From IMG/VR virus record IMGVR_UViG_3300028840_006985: 64,000 nt of DNA, one strand, 5' to 3'. Position 1 is the stretch's first letter; every line of letters begins with the position of its first letter. A program made the translations under genes and the position numbers. The notes under the pieces were generated by a model that had not been told where the DNA came from, made no database searches, and saw only the letters and a list, made by a program, of their open reading frames with translations. This DNA is from a virus (Duplodnaviria; Heunggongvirae; Uroviricota; Caudoviricetes). Positions 52,312 to 63,373 of the stretch are shown piece by piece.

Positions 52312-54309
52312 ATGTCAGTAATTATTGACGGCGGTAAATTTACTTCTCAAAGGACTAGAGAAGAGGTTGTTAGAGATTTTACAGAAAGAATAAGTAATCT
52401 TTCAGAAGTCGAATTTAACATTTTAAAAGAGTTTTTAAAAGAAATAACAGGCTCTAACGATAAGAGTTGGGTGGATGAAGAAGGTAATAAAAGAAAATAT
52501 CGTTTAATAGATCTATATCGTTTAATAGAGTATGAGCATGAGGTTGTAGATCCTGAAACATGGATAACGGATCCTTATTATTTTGGAAATACTGGTAACG
52601 AATTATGGCCTAAGTTAAAGGAAGATTTTATAGAACTGTTTTCTGGAAATTATCACGAAGTGATAATGACCGGAGCGATTGGAACAGGGAAAACCTTTTT
52701 TTCAAACGTCTGTCTTTGTAGAACAATTTATGAAATATCTTGCCTAAGAAGTCCACAAAAAAGCCATGGTCAAGCCGACGGGCAGATGATAGCGATTGTA
52801 GTATTTCATGTTACTAAAGAGTTAGCCAAGAAGGTTGTTTTTGATAGCATAGTAAACATGATTAGAAATAGTCCATATTTTATGGAACATTTTCAACCGA
52901 AGATTACTAAGAATGAAATTATTTTTCCCAAAAATATTTGGTTAGCTCCTTTATCGAGCAATACAAAAAGTGCTATTGGACTGAATATTTATTCAGCTCT
53001 TTTTGACGAGTCTAATTTTAAAAAAAGAGAAGGCGGATCGGCTACGGATATTAACGAGGCAAAAGCGTTATATGATTCTGTTTCGCGTCGTATGACGTCA
53101 CGGTTTGGTCGTTCTGGAAAGGTTCCTGGCCTTATTATATTGCCATCTTCTAAGCAAACAGAAGACGATTTTACTCAAACCAGATTGTTGGAATCAAGAA
53201 ATGATAGTACTGTTTTTGCTCGTGACTATTCTCAATGGAGTGTTTTACCTCCAGATCGATTTACAAAAAAGAGATTTAAAGTTTTTGTAGGATCTTCTTA
53301 TATGGGTTCTAGGATTTTAGAATCAGAAGAAAAAATTTTTATTACAGATGAAATGAAAGAGGATGGATGTAAAATTATTGAAGTACCTGAGAATTTTAGA
53401 ATTGATTTCGAAAGAGACATAGATCGATCATTGAGAGAATTTGCAGGAATAGCTACAGTTACAATAAAACCATTTATTACTAATCGAGATAAAATTTACA
53501 ATGCTATAGATAATAGACAACATCCGTTTGAGTTTATAGAGTGGGATAGCATATCGGCTCTTACGATTAAGGATAAATTGTTTCATACAGATGAGGAAAA
53601 TGATATTTCTAGACCTATTTTAAATCCAACTGCTCCACGTTATATTCATTTGGATCCTTCATTAACAGGTGATGCTACCGGGTTTGCCATGGGTCATATT
53701 TCAGAATATATAAATATAGTTAGACGGAATAGAAAAACTGGCGGGCTCGTTTATGAAAATGCTCCAGTTATTATTATTGATATAATGCTTAGAATAGTGC
53801 CTCCCAAAAATGGCGAGGTGGACCAAGGTGCTATTAGAGAATTGATTTATACATTAAGTGAAATTGGATTTCCTATTCGTTTTGTTTCTATGGATTCATA
53901 CCAATCTGCTGGAATTAAACAGAAATTAAAGCAAAAAGGCTATATATCTGATATAATTAGTGTAGATCGTAAAATGGATCCCTATGACATGTTAAAACAA
54001 ACCTTATACGAGGATCGCATAAGGTATTATAATTACAAACCTTTTATTAATGAAATAAAAGATTTGATTGAAGATCATAAAAAAAGAAAGGTGGATCATT
54101 TGCCCAAGCGAAGCAAAGACGTTGCAGACGCTGTTTGTGGAGTTGTTTATGGATTGACAACTAGGATGTCTGGTGAGCCGATGCCTTTACTAAATAGTAT
54201 ATCGGCGAATGGTGAGTATAAAGAAGATCTATCTTGGGTTGTTGGTGAAAGAAATAAAAATAAAAAAGTTGTTAATAATAGTCAACCACTACCATTTTTT
54301 ATAGGTTAG
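52312..54309 (+). CDS. terL: terminase large subunit (ATPase plus nuclease)
   Basis: Walker A VIMTGAIGTGKTF. Size 665 aa. Position at the head of the morphogenesis module. Downstream Asp-rich nuclease-like region. Confidence 0.7.
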   Translation: MSVIIDGGKFTSQRTREEVVRDFTERISNLSEVEFNILKEFLKEITGSNDKSWVDEEGNKRKYRLIDLYRLIEYEHEVVDPETWITDPYYFGNTGNELWPKLKEDFIELFSGNYHEVIMTGAIGTGKTFFSNVCLCRTIYEISCLRSPQKSHGQADGQMIAIVVFHVTKELAKKVVFDSIVNMIRNSPYFMEHFQPKITKNEIIFPKNIWLAPLSSNTKSAIGLNIYSALFDESNFKKREGGSATDINEAKALYDSVSRRMTSRFGRSGKVPGLIILPSSKQTEDDFTQTRLLESRNDSTVFARDYSQWSVLPPDRFTKKRFKVFVGSSYMGSRILESEEKIFITDEMKEDGCKIIEVPENFRIDFERDIDRSLREFAGIATVTIKPFITNRDKIYNAIDNRQHPFEFIEWDSISALTIKDKLFHTDEENDISRPILNPTAPRYIHLDPSLTGDATGFAMGHISEYINIVRRNRKTGGLVYENAPVIIIDIMLRIVPPKNGEVDQGAIRELIYTLSEIGFPIRFVSMDSYQSAGIKQKLKQKGYISDIISVDRKMDPYDMLKQTLYEDRIRYYNYKPFINEIKDLIEDHKKRKVDHLPKRSKDVADAVCGVVYGLTTRMSGEPMPLLNSISANGEYKEDLSWVVGERNKNKKVVNNSQPLPFFIG

Positions 54310-54320
54310 GAGTAATAGCT

Positions 54321-55289
54321 ATGAACTATCTTAATGAGGTTAGAGTATTGTTATTTGAATTAAATAGTATTTTAACCGAATCGGTCAATAAACGTCTTCG
54401 GCTTAATATTAAAAGAGATTATGGAAGAATAAAAGATATAGTAAAAAAATTTAACAAAATGGATCGTAAATTATTCAATAAGAATATATCTGATATAAGG
54501 AAGTTTGTTAAAAGTGATACAAGACTATTGGATAAGTTTGAATCATTAATAGATGATTTTAACGATTTACAAAATGAATTAAAGAATGATGTGAAAATAT
54601 TTATTAAAAGGATAAATCAACTATCTAATAAGTATAAAACTATAGAAACTATCGCATGGACGGTAGACAAGATTAGTGATATCGCAGCGGGGTTACTTTC
54701 AAGTGTGCTTTTTACGTTTTTAATTATAGCATCTAATGAACACGATGATGATGAGCAAATAGTAGAAGGTATTTTTAGCAAAAAAGAAAAAAAATTTAAC
54801 AAGGATTGGGTGCTTAATATAGAATCTTTTAAAAATATTTACATAGCTTCTTTTGGAAAATTTTTTGAATATGTTGATAGCTTAATTCACAATACTATTA
54901 AACTTATTGATACCAGCGAAGATATAGATGATGAAGAAGCAGAAAATATAAAAAAAGAATTATTAACTAGAATTAAAAATATTAAAAAAGATTATAAAAA
55001 ATTATCTCAAGCTTTGAATTCTATTGTTAAATTTGTAAAAGATATAAAATCTATAAAAAAAGAATCAGTTGACGAAGCTTTTAATAGTTCTCAACGTTCT
55101 TCAATTGGAAAAATAGTTAAAAAAGGTCAAAAGTATCATTTATATACAATGGAATTTGGATATGATCGATTACATGGTAGTTATAAAACATTAAATGCTG
55201 CTAAAAAGGCAGCAAAAAATAAAAATATTGATGTTGAAAACAACATGTATGAACTTGTAGATGGTAAAATGATCGTTCTAAAAAAATAA
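54321..55289 (+). CDS. hypothetical coiled-coil protein
   Basis: ORF track. Lys/Glu-rich. Confidence 0.45.
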   Translation: MNYLNEVRVLLFELNSILTESVNKRLRLNIKRDYGRIKDIVKKFNKMDRKLFNKNISDIRKFVKSDTRLLDKFESLIDDFNDLQNELKNDVKIFIKRINQLSNKYKTIETIAWTVDKISDIAAGLLSSVLFTFLIIASNEHDDDEQIVEGIFSKKEKKFNKDWVLNIESFKNIYIASFGKFFEYVDSLIHNTIKLIDTSEDIDDEEAENIKKELLTRIKNIKKDYKKLSQALNSIVKFVKDIKSIKKESVDEAFNSSQRSSIGKIVKKGQKYHLYTMEFGYDRLHGSYKTLNAAKKAAKNKNIDVENNMYELVDGKMIVLKK

Positions 55290-55298
55290 GGTTAATAA

Positions 55299-57035
55299 AT
55301 GAGCATTACTGACAAAGTTGCATCATATATAAGAAATGTATTCAAAAAAGAACATGAACAAAAACGAGAAGAAACTGTTTCAATTGGTGCAGAAGATTAT
55401 AATATCTTTCTTCAATATGGTTTTAATTCGCTTAGTGATTATTTAAAACTAGATCAAGATCTTTTAAGCAGGTACGGCGATTATGAAGAAATGGATGAAT
55501 ATGCTGATTTGTCAAGTGGTCTAGACATATTTGCAGATGACACAACAACTCCTGACACAGAACGCAACCAATCAATCTGGATTGAAGGTGAAGATGAAAA
55601 CATTGTTAACAATCTAAATGAAATGATGCATAAAAAGGTTAGAATTGAAGATATCTTATGGGAAGTAACTAGAACTGCTTGTAAATATGGTAACGATTTT
55701 GAAGAAATTTTAGTTAATGATGAGGGAGTACAGGGGTTAGCATTTCTTCCTCCGGCCACAGCTCGGAGAATATCAGATAATCGTGGTGAGCTATTAGGCT
55801 TTACACAGTCGTTATCTGGCCGAGTTGATATTGATTTAAACATTCTTAAAGATGGGCTACCTGGTGGTTCTTATCGTGATGAGAGTAGTAATTCTGTTTT
55901 ATTTGAACCATGGAAGGTTGTACATTTTCGATTAAGATCAAAAAATCGAGGTGGAAATCACGGAATTTCTATTATGGAACCAGCTAGGTGGGTATGGAAA
56001 CGATTGGTGCTTATGGAAGACTCCATGTTGATTTACAAGCTAACACGTGCTCCATCGAGATACGCTTTTTATGTTGATATTGGAGATATGCCGCCAAAGG
56101 AAGGATTAGCATATGTAAATAAGATTAGAGCACAATATAAAAAGAGAAAGTTTGTTAATCAGAATGGCAAACTAGATATGAGACATAATCCCTTATCTAG
56201 TGATGATGATTTTTTTGTTCCTACTAGATCGGGAAAAGAAAGCACAAGAATAGACGTTCTTAGCGGTCCATCTTATCAAAGCATAGAGGATGTTGACTAT
56301 ATGAGAATGAAACTGTATGCGGCAATGAAGATACCACGTGCGTATTTAGGATATGAAGATACTATCTCGAGATCTACGCTTGCTCAAGAGGATGTTAGAT
56401 TCTGTCGGTCAGTTTTACGCATACAACGAGTAGTAAAAGCTGGTTTTAAACAAGTTTGTAGAGTGGATCTTGCAATTAAAGGCTTAGATCCGTCTTCAAT
56501 AGATTTTGAAGTATTTATGAATGTACCCTCATCCGTATTTGAATCAGCTCAGATGGAAATAAAAGTTGCACGAGCTGAATTGGCAGAAAGGATGGGAGAA
56601 TGGGCTAGTAATAGATGGATAATGGAAAATATTTTTGGTTGGTCTAATTTAGAGATAGAAAGGATGCTAAAACAACGAACTCAGGATGAATTGCGTAAGG
56701 CAGTAATTGATGGAAGAGTTGAAAAGATTAGAATGGGACAAATACCGCCAGAATTGGCTGGATTAATAGGACAGCCAGAAACAGGAATGGAACAACAACC
56801 TGAAGAAGAACAAGAAGAAAATAAAAAAAGAGCAGTCAATGCTATACAAGACGGCAATCATGATAAATTATATAAAGTTATAGAAGAACAGTTTTTAAAA
56901 AATGATAAAACTATGAAAAAAGTATCTAAAGATGAGGTTAATGAAATTATTAAATCAAATCGGATACTTAACAGTAAAATTACCGAATTAAAACATTTAA
57001 TGAATGAAATAAAGGATGCCACAAGAACAAGATAA
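55299..57035 (+). CDS. portal protein (gp20-like), putative
   Basis: 578 aa. Sits between the terminase and the prohead protease, the T4-like order. Confidence 0.5.
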   Translation: MSITDKVASYIRNVFKKEHEQKREETVSIGAEDYNIFLQYGFNSLSDYLKLDQDLLSRYGDYEEMDEYADLSSGLDIFADDTTTPDTERNQSIWIEGEDENIVNNLNEMMHKKVRIEDILWEVTRTACKYGNDFEEILVNDEGVQGLAFLPPATARRISDNRGELLGFTQSLSGRVDIDLNILKDGLPGGSYRDESSNSVLFEPWKVVHFRLRSKNRGGNHGISIMEPARWVWKRLVLMEDSMLIYKLTRAPSRYAFYVDIGDMPPKEGLAYVNKIRAQYKKRKFVNQNGKLDMRHNPLSSDDDFFVPTRSGKESTRIDVLSGPSYQSIEDVDYMRMKLYAAMKIPRAYLGYEDTISRSTLAQEDVRFCRSVLRIQRVVKAGFKQVCRVDLAIKGLDPSSIDFEVFMNVPSSVFESAQMEIKVARAELAERMGEWASNRWIMENIFGWSNLEIERMLKQRTQDELRKAVIDGRVEKIRMGQIPPELAGLIGQPETGMEQQPEEEQEENKKRAVNAIQDGNHDKLYKVIEEQFLKNDKTMKKVSKDEVNEIIKSNRILNSKITELKHLMNEIKDATRTR

Positions 57036-57156
57036 GTGTAAAAATTATAAAATATAGAAGTAAGTACTTATTTTTCTTGGTACATTTGTTTGTCATATCA
57101 TATAATATATTAAATAGTTACAAGGTTGATGATATTTAGTACTGGATTTTTAAAAT

Positions 57157-58002
57157 ATGAGCAAATTTGTTACTGAAGATTTTTTATTGAATTTGTCTAG
57201 CGGTTCCTACGAAACATTGATTGAGAAAGTGGAAACTTTCTGTAAAGAGTTATTTCCGGAGGATAATGTAAAAGTTTTAGCAACATTTCCAAGACACGTA
57301 ATAATAATTAAAAATGATAATAATATATATAGAATTGGATTTAAAAATACAAATAATAAGATAGAGGTTCTTGAAACAGAAGAAATTGATATATCAAAAT
57401 ATGTCATTAATGAAAATACCATAAAAGAGTTATCAGGATCTATTATTGATGACATTTTAAATGATAATAATGCTATTGATAAGATATCAAATTTGGCCTT
57501 TGTTTTATCATTAAGTGAAGATAGGGCCAATAATGATTTTATGATGGCGGTAAAAGATATATTTAATCAGGATAGATTTTGGAAAAAATTTATTGATAAT
57601 GCTGTTCAATCCTATAAAGAAAATCATCGAGATATAAAATTAGATACTTTTTCAGATAGGAAATATGAAAAACTATATATAGGAAAAGTATCTGAAAAAG
57701 ATTTTCATCTTTATACCGAATCTATCATTGATGACCTAACTAAAATAATAGAAGAATTTAATAATATTAAACAAAATATAATGTTATTATCAGATGGTGG
57801 TTTTGCAAAAGAAGTTAATAACTTTTTTAATGATGTTGTAGAAGATATGAATCTTATTCAAGATAAAATAAGTATACTTATCGAGGAAAATAATCATTGT
57901 CCGTTATGTATGGGCTTTTTGTGCGATGAATTTACAGAAAATATTAGTCGATATAGAACGGCTAATGCTTTTTTAAACAAAATAGTTAATTTGGGAGGAT
58001 AG
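57157..58002 (+). CDS. hypothetical head-module protein
   Basis: ORF track. Ends with CPLCMGFLCDEF. Confidence 0.45.
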   Translation: MSKFVTEDFLLNLSSGSYETLIEKVETFCKELFPEDNVKVLATFPRHVIIIKNDNNIYRIGFKNTNNKIEVLETEEIDISKYVINENTIKELSGSIIDDILNDNNAIDKISNLAFVLSLSEDRANNDFMMAVKDIFNQDRFWKKFIDNAVQSYKENHRDIKLDTFSDRKYEKLYIGKVSEKDFHLYTESIIDDLTKIIEEFNNIKQNIMLLSDGGFAKEVNNFFNDVVEDMNLIQDKISILIEENNHCPLCMGFLCDEFTENISRYRTANAFLNKIVNLGG

Positions 58003-58006
58003 AAAA

Positions 58007-58816
58007 ATGAATTATAGAAATTATAAAATTTCTTCACTGGAAGAAGATTTAAAATATTTAGGGCTTCAAAAATTTGCGGAAGAAATGGGATTAGATGAAG
58101 AGGGTAACCTGAACGAGGATAAGAGTAATCAGCTAGATGAAGATGAAATTGATGAAACAGACGATGATGAAGATATTGACGATTTAAGAGAACGCAGGCT
58201 TACCAGGGTTGGTAAAATGCGTAAAAAGGGTCCTCATAAAAAAGGATTTAGACGGATTAAAAAAGCCGGTGGTGGTTATTATTTTAAAAAAGTTACTGGC
58301 AAAATGCTAAGAGCGGAAAAAAGACGTCGAAAGAAAACATCATATAAAAAAGCCGTCGCCAAATCACATAAAAAGCTTCGCGCTCGTGGATATGGTGAAA
58401 ATGTTGACACAAAGATTAACGAGCTTCAATATATTGCGGGAGGTGATGACGGTAAATTTGAACAGTATGTAGAGTGTCTTGACAATGCTAGAAAGCTTGC
58501 TGCTAAACTGATAGACGAATTTGAAGCTATGGGAGAAAACAGTTTTAGCAAAGAAATTGATGACATGATCTTGGCCGGCAGTTTAGCTGAGTCGGCAATG
58601 AGTAATATTTATAGCATGGATACTCTTTCTGAAGATATTGAATATCAGCTTGAGGAAGGCATTGACAGGATTGTCAATTTACTTCATGAAGCGATGGAAA
58701 AATGGGAAGAGATTAGTTTAAAAAATGAAGATGAAACAAATGAAGTAGATGAAGACGTTGATAATGATGAAACATTGGATAATAACGATGACGATGTTCC
58801 AGAAATTTTTCAATAA
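58007..58816 (+). CDS. highly charged protein (prohead core / internal protein-like)
   Basis: Alternating acidic (DEDEIDETDDDEDIDD) and basic (KRRRKKTSYKK) tracts. Sits where T4 gp67/gp68 would. Confidence 0.4.
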   Translation: MNYRNYKISSLEEDLKYLGLQKFAEEMGLDEEGNLNEDKSNQLDEDEIDETDDDEDIDDLRERRLTRVGKMRKKGPHKKGFRRIKKAGGGYYFKKVTGKMLRAEKRRRKKTSYKKAVAKSHKKLRARGYGENVDTKINELQYIAGGDDGKFEQYVECLDNARKLAAKLIDEFEAMGENSFSKEIDDMILAGSLAESAMSNIYSMDTLSEDIEYQLEEGIDRIVNLLHEAMEKWEEISLKNEDETNEVDEDVDNDETLDNNDDDVPEIFQ

Positions 58817-58832
58817 GAAACAATTATAGGTA

Positions 58833-60371
58833 ATGGGGTTATTAATGGACGATAAAAAATTACTAATAGACGAATGGAACTCTGTTAGCTGTAATTTAAT
58901 AGAAGAAGGTAGTGGTGGTAATACAAAAATTGTAGCAAAAGGACAATTTGCGTATAGCAACACGCCTACTGCTAATAATAGAGTTTATTCTCGTCAATTA
59001 TGGGAACGTGAAATTACTAAAAAAAAGAACATGATTGGCGAACGAAAAGTTTATGGCGAACTAGATCACCCTGGCGATGGAAAAACCAGGCTTGAAAGAG
59101 CTAGTCATATAGTAACAGCACTTCATATAAAGCCTAATGGTGAAGTGTATGGCGAAGCTGATGTGATGGACACATCAAAAGGAAAGGATTTAAAAGCTAT
59201 TTTAAAAGCTGGCGGAAAGGTTGGCGTATCTAGTCGTGGTTTTGGAACTACAAGAACTGATGGTAGAGGAAATGAAATTGTACAAGAAGATTATCAGCTT
59301 GTTACTTTCGATTTTGTAGCCGATCCCGCGGTTGCTTCATCGTATCCTGATTTTAAAGAAGAAGACATTGACATAAAAGGAGATTTACTAATGAATCTTG
59401 GTGAATTAAGACAAAAATATCCTGAATTGGTAAAACAATTACAGGAAGAAATTCAGGCTAAAAGTCTGGAACAACAAAAAAGTGAAAATGCTATTAAAGA
59501 GAGTCTTAAGAAAGACATAAAAGAAGAATTTGAAAAAAAACTTATTCAAAATGTTCAAAAAGCAAAAGACAGTATTCGGGAAGAAGTTGAAAGTGAAATG
59601 AAGAGTGATCCAGCTATTGCTGGCGCGAAAGTAGTTCTTGAAGATATCGTTTCTAAACTTTCGCCGTTTCTTTTGCCAGAAGATATAAAAGACATGTTAC
59701 AAAAGAAAGATGACGAAATTAATCGTTTAAAAGAAGAAATAGAAAAAGTTATAGCCGATGAAAAAGAAAAATATGAAAAATTAGAGGGTGATCATAAAGA
59801 GTTGACTGATGTTTCTAAAAAGATTGGCTATGAATACTATGTTGAACAGCGGCTTAAAAGTGAAGATAATCCCGATTTGATTAGAAATATTTTAGGCGAT
59901 TTAACTCGTTTTAATAGTTTAGAAAAATTAGGAAAAGCAATTGACGAAGCTATAGAAACGTCAAAGGAGGTAATGGATCATAAAGAAGAAGAAAATGAAA
60001 AAATTGAAAAATTAAAAGAAGAGAACGAAAGATTAAAAAGTGATAATGAAAAACTTTTTAACGAGGCGAAGAATTTAGCATTGCGAATTTATCTAGAGCG
60101 CAAGCTGGACGGTGAACCGCAAAGAATAAAAATTAAGAAGATAGTAGAAGAAAATATTAATAGTGGAAATATAAAAGATAAAAGTCAAATTGATGAGATG
60201 ATTGATACATATAAAGCAGATAATCCCGTAAGTGAGGAGTTTACCAAAATTAATTCCACACTCCGTTCAAGTCGGGAAAGTAAGAACAATGATGACAGTA
60301 AAAAAACTCTTAGTGAGGGAAACGTTTTAGGCGTAGAAATGCAGAGATTATGTGAATTATCAGGAGTTTAA
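58833..60371 (+). CDS. prohead protease (gp21-like) fused to a coiled-coil scaffold-like domain
   Basis: N-terminal about 190 aa with the His/Ser candidates YGELDHPGDGK and GVSSRGFG. C-terminal about 300 aa of E/K-rich coiled coil. Immediately upstream of the major capsid protein. Confidence 0.5.
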   Translation: MGLLMDDKKLLIDEWNSVSCNLIEEGSGGNTKIVAKGQFAYSNTPTANNRVYSRQLWEREITKKKNMIGERKVYGELDHPGDGKTRLERASHIVTALHIKPNGEVYGEADVMDTSKGKDLKAILKAGGKVGVSSRGFGTTRTDGRGNEIVQEDYQLVTFDFVADPAVASSYPDFKEEDIDIKGDLLMNLGELRQKYPELVKQLQEEIQAKSLEQQKSENAIKESLKKDIKEEFEKKLIQNVQKAKDSIREEVESEMKSDPAIAGAKVVLEDIVSKLSPFLLPEDIKDMLQKKDDEINRLKEEIEKVIADEKEKYEKLEGDHKELTDVSKKIGYEYYVEQRLKSEDNPDLIRNILGDLTRFNSLEKLGKAIDEAIETSKEVMDHKEEENEKIEKLKEENERLKSDNEKLFNEAKNLALRIYLERKLDGEPQRIKIKKIVEENINSGNIKDKSQIDEMIDTYKADNPVSEEFTKINSTLRSSRESKNNDDSKKTLSEGNVLGVEMQRLCELSGV

Positions 60372-60394
60372 ATTTTTAACAAACTTTCTCGAAA

Positions 60395-61900
60395 ATGGAG
60401 GAAATTGTGGAAGCAAGACAATTATTAGAACAAGAGAGCAAACGATCTATTCAGGATCGAAGTTTCGTTCGAGCAGTTAGTAAAAAATGGGAAAAAATGC
60501 TTGAAGGAATTAGCGATCCTTACACTCGCGGCGTAACTGCTATTCTTTTAGAAAATGAAGTTAATCACCTTTATCAACTAAAAGAATCTACTACAACCGG
60601 ATCTTTTGCAGATTTTATTAAATTTGTATTTCCTATGATCCGACGCGTATGGCCTAATCTTATTGGAAATCGGTTAGCATCTATTCAGCCTATGACCGGA
60701 CCTATTGGCGGCATTTTTACCTGGGAGTACAAATACGGTACAACCAAGGGGACAATTACAGCCGGTGATAATATGATTGAAAACTTCGATCGGTTTTACA
60801 GTTCTGAATATATCTATAACGAGCTAATCGGTACTGGAGACGGTCTAACTGCTAATTATACAGGTACACTTACTTGGTTGCCTGTTAAACCATATCAAGC
60901 ATGTCCAAATGCTCAGGTAGTGTTAGAGTTCATCTCTACAGATATTAGTGATAACGATATGCGTATTTATGATGCCGCTGGTGCATCTGGTGCATCGCCT
61001 TTAACCGGAGATGTTGGTGCAGCATCTACAATTACGTTTGCTACTGGTGATTATGATATTACTTTTAATGCAAATGTAAAAAATCAAGAACCAGTTTACG
61101 CTAATTACTATTATGATATGGAGGCTGCTACTAATACAGTACCTCAAATTAATCTTGATATTTCTCTTGAGAGTATTAAGGCTAATAGTAGAAAGTTGCG
61201 CATGCTATGGTCTGCTGAAGCAACTGACGATCTTCGAGCTATCCATGGAATGGACGCCGAAGGTGAGCTGGTGGCTGGAGTAGCATCAGAAGTAGCATTG
61301 GAAATTGACCGCGAACTTATTATGGATATGTACGCTGGTGCAGTGGCATCTGGAAACTCTGCTGTGTTCGACGCTGATCCAGGAACAGTTAATCCAGTAG
61401 ATCATTATCGAAATATTTTAACACCTTGTACAAAAGTAAGTCAGGAAATTGGTAAACGGACTCTTCGTGGTCCTGGCAACTGGATGGTAACCTCTCCACA
61501 AGCATCGGTATTGTTTGCGGCGTTAGAAGCGCATGGAGATTTCAAATCATTATTCAGCCCAGGTCCAGGTCCAGCTGGTCAAGGAACACTTGGTCAAGCG
61601 GCTCCAACACCTCCACAAGGCCCAGAAGGCTTTGGAGTATTTACAATGGGAGTTCTTCAAAATCGTTGGACCGTATATATCGATCCGTTGTTTCCAAACG
61701 ACAAAATTTTAGTTGGATTAAAGGGTCGCACATTTCTTGATGCAGGAATGGTATATGCACCATATGTTCCTCTTCAAGTAACTTCTACCGTGCTAGATCC
61801 AGACGACATGCAGTTCCGAAAAGGGATGCGGACACGTTACGCCAAAAAGTTAACAAACAATAACTTCTATGGTATAATTAATTTACAGAATCTACCGTAA
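60395..61900 (+). CDS. major capsid protein (T4 gp23-like)
   Basis: 501 aa. Position after the protease/scaffold gene. N-terminal region with IGNRLASIQPMTGPIGGIF, which resembles the gp23 family. Locally higher GC and codon regularity. Confidence 0.6.
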   Translation: MEEIVEARQLLEQESKRSIQDRSFVRAVSKKWEKMLEGISDPYTRGVTAILLENEVNHLYQLKESTTTGSFADFIKFVFPMIRRVWPNLIGNRLASIQPMTGPIGGIFTWEYKYGTTKGTITAGDNMIENFDRFYSSEYIYNELIGTGDGLTANYTGTLTWLPVKPYQACPNAQVVLEFISTDISDNDMRIYDAAGASGASPLTGDVGAASTITFATGDYDITFNANVKNQEPVYANYYYDMEAATNTVPQINLDISLESIKANSRKLRMLWSAEATDDLRAIHGMDAEGELVAGVASEVALEIDRELIMDMYAGAVASGNSAVFDADPGTVNPVDHYRNILTPCTKVSQEIGKRTLRGPGNWMVTSPQASVLFAALEAHGDFKSLFSPGPGPAGQGTLGQAAPTPPQGPEGFGVFTMGVLQNRWTVYIDPLFPNDKILVGLKGRTFLDAGMVYAPYVPLQVTSTVLDPDDMQFRKGMRTRYAKKLTNNNFYGIINLQNLP

Positions 61901-61916
61901 CCCATAGCTTAAAGGT

Positions 61917-61947
61917 GGGGTTCGGCTCTGCCCGGACCTCATCTTTT
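61917..61947 (+). terminator. putative rho-independent terminator after the capsid gene
   Basis: GGTTCGG-ctctgc-CCGGACC hairpin followed by TCATCTTTT. Confidence 0.4.
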
Positions 61948-62001
61948 ATCCCCTTTCCAATGGATAATTTTCTAAGTTGAAAAAATAAGGATAGACAACA
62001 A

Positions 62002-62505
62002 ATGATATTTAAATTAAATCCTTCTTGGCCAAGCGATCGCATATCGCTTGAAGGTGTTATTATCAAAAGAGATACTATATTAAAAGATCCAAAATACCAA
62101 AAATGGACTAAATCTATTTTTGAAGGAAAACCACCTCTATTAATAGAGATAAAAGAAAGTCAACAATTGGACATGTGGGACAATGAAAAAGTTGATACAT
62201 CTACTTTGCCTCCTGTTGAAGAAGTAAAAAAAGAGGAAGAAGAGGACAAAAATCAATTAAGTTTTTCTATTTTAGAGCCCAGAATAGATAACACTAGAGA
62301 ACATGTCAAAAATAATTTTGACGATTTAACCATGTTAGATTATGTTGGACCGGTTATAGCCAGACGATTAAGATCATCCGGCTATAAAACTTATGAATCG
62401 ATAGCAAACGTTGAGTCAGCCACCGTATTAGCGATACAAATTAGAAAAAATGAAGAAATAGTTGAGAAGATAATTGAAAGTGCTAAACAGTTAATTGGAA
62501 AATGA
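62002..62505 (+). CDS. hypothetical head-associated protein
   Basis: ORF track. Confidence 0.45.
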   Translation: MIFKLNPSWPSDRISLEGVIIKRDTILKDPKYQKWTKSIFEGKPPLLIEIKESQQLDMWDNEKVDTSTLPPVEEVKKEEEEDKNQLSFSILEPRIDNTREHVKNNFDDLTMLDYVGPVIARRLRSSGYKTYESIANVESATVLAIQIRKNEEIVEKIIESAKQLIGK

Positions 62506-62622
62506 TGTGGAAATTTTTTAAAGAAATATGGAACAATTATTTTATTGATAAAGTAATAATCGTTGTTGATATAATATTTATTTTTACTATTTTCATAATA
62601 GTAACATATATGGTTTTTAATT

Positions 62623-63369
62623 ATGGCTGTCGTTAGAAAGACAAAACTTAAAGATTACATTGTTAGAAAACTTGGCGGCGGAAAGATGTGCATTGAATTA
62701 AGCGCATTACATATTGATGATGCAATTGATGAAGGTTTTAGATGGTTTTCTGCTAGACGTGGCATTTACATAAGAAAAAGTTTTTCTGTTACAGAAGGTG
62801 TTCAGGAATATGATTTAACTACGTTATTAACAACTACTGAATTTGATCAATTAATAGATGTTGTTAATTTATGGTTACCTGAACTTAGTACAGGATATAA
62901 TGTATTTGCTGATTGGAATTTTTTAGATTTACCTTCAACATATCCTCTTGAATTAAACGTAGTAGATAACGAATTTATTTATAGTGGACTGGTTTTAACA
63001 CTTCAACAAAGAGAGATGGCTAAAAGGATTTTAAGTGCTGAAATTGATTTTGAATATGATATTTTGAATGGTTTGTTAAATATAATTCCAGAACCTGACA
63101 AAAGCGGAACAGCTATTTTTGAATATAAAAAAATAGTTGCTGACGGGGACAAATTAAGTCCTAAAGATGAAGAAATACTATACAAGGCTATTGTAGCATA
63201 CGCCAAAGAGATATTGGGAAGAATAAGAAGTAAATATCAGGCAATTCCAGTGCCAGGTGGTTCAGTAACTTTAGATGGGGAGCAATTACTATCAGAAGCT
63301 AGAGCTGATTTTGAATTGCTTGAACAAAGAATTCAAAATATTGAACCTATGGGATTTTTTAGTGGATGA
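62623..63369 (+). CDS. hypothetical structural protein
   Basis: ORF track. Confidence 0.45.
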   Translation: MAVVRKTKLKDYIVRKLGGGKMCIELSALHIDDAIDEGFRWFSARRGIYIRKSFSVTEGVQEYDLTTLLTTTEFDQLIDVVNLWLPELSTGYNVFADWNFLDLPSTYPLELNVVDNEFIYSGLVLTLQQREMAKRILSAEIDFEYDILNGLLNIIPEPDKSGTAIFEYKKIVADGDKLSPKDEEILYKAIVAYAKEILGRIRSKYQAIPVPGGSVTLDGEQLLSEARADFELLEQRIQNIEPMGFFSG

Positions 63370-63373
63370 CAAA

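Noticed and set aside
61911-61960. Possible tRNA after the capsid gene (GGTTCGG resembles a T-arm)
   Set aside because: No acceptor, D or anticodon stems can be built. The hairpin plus T-run fits a terminator better.
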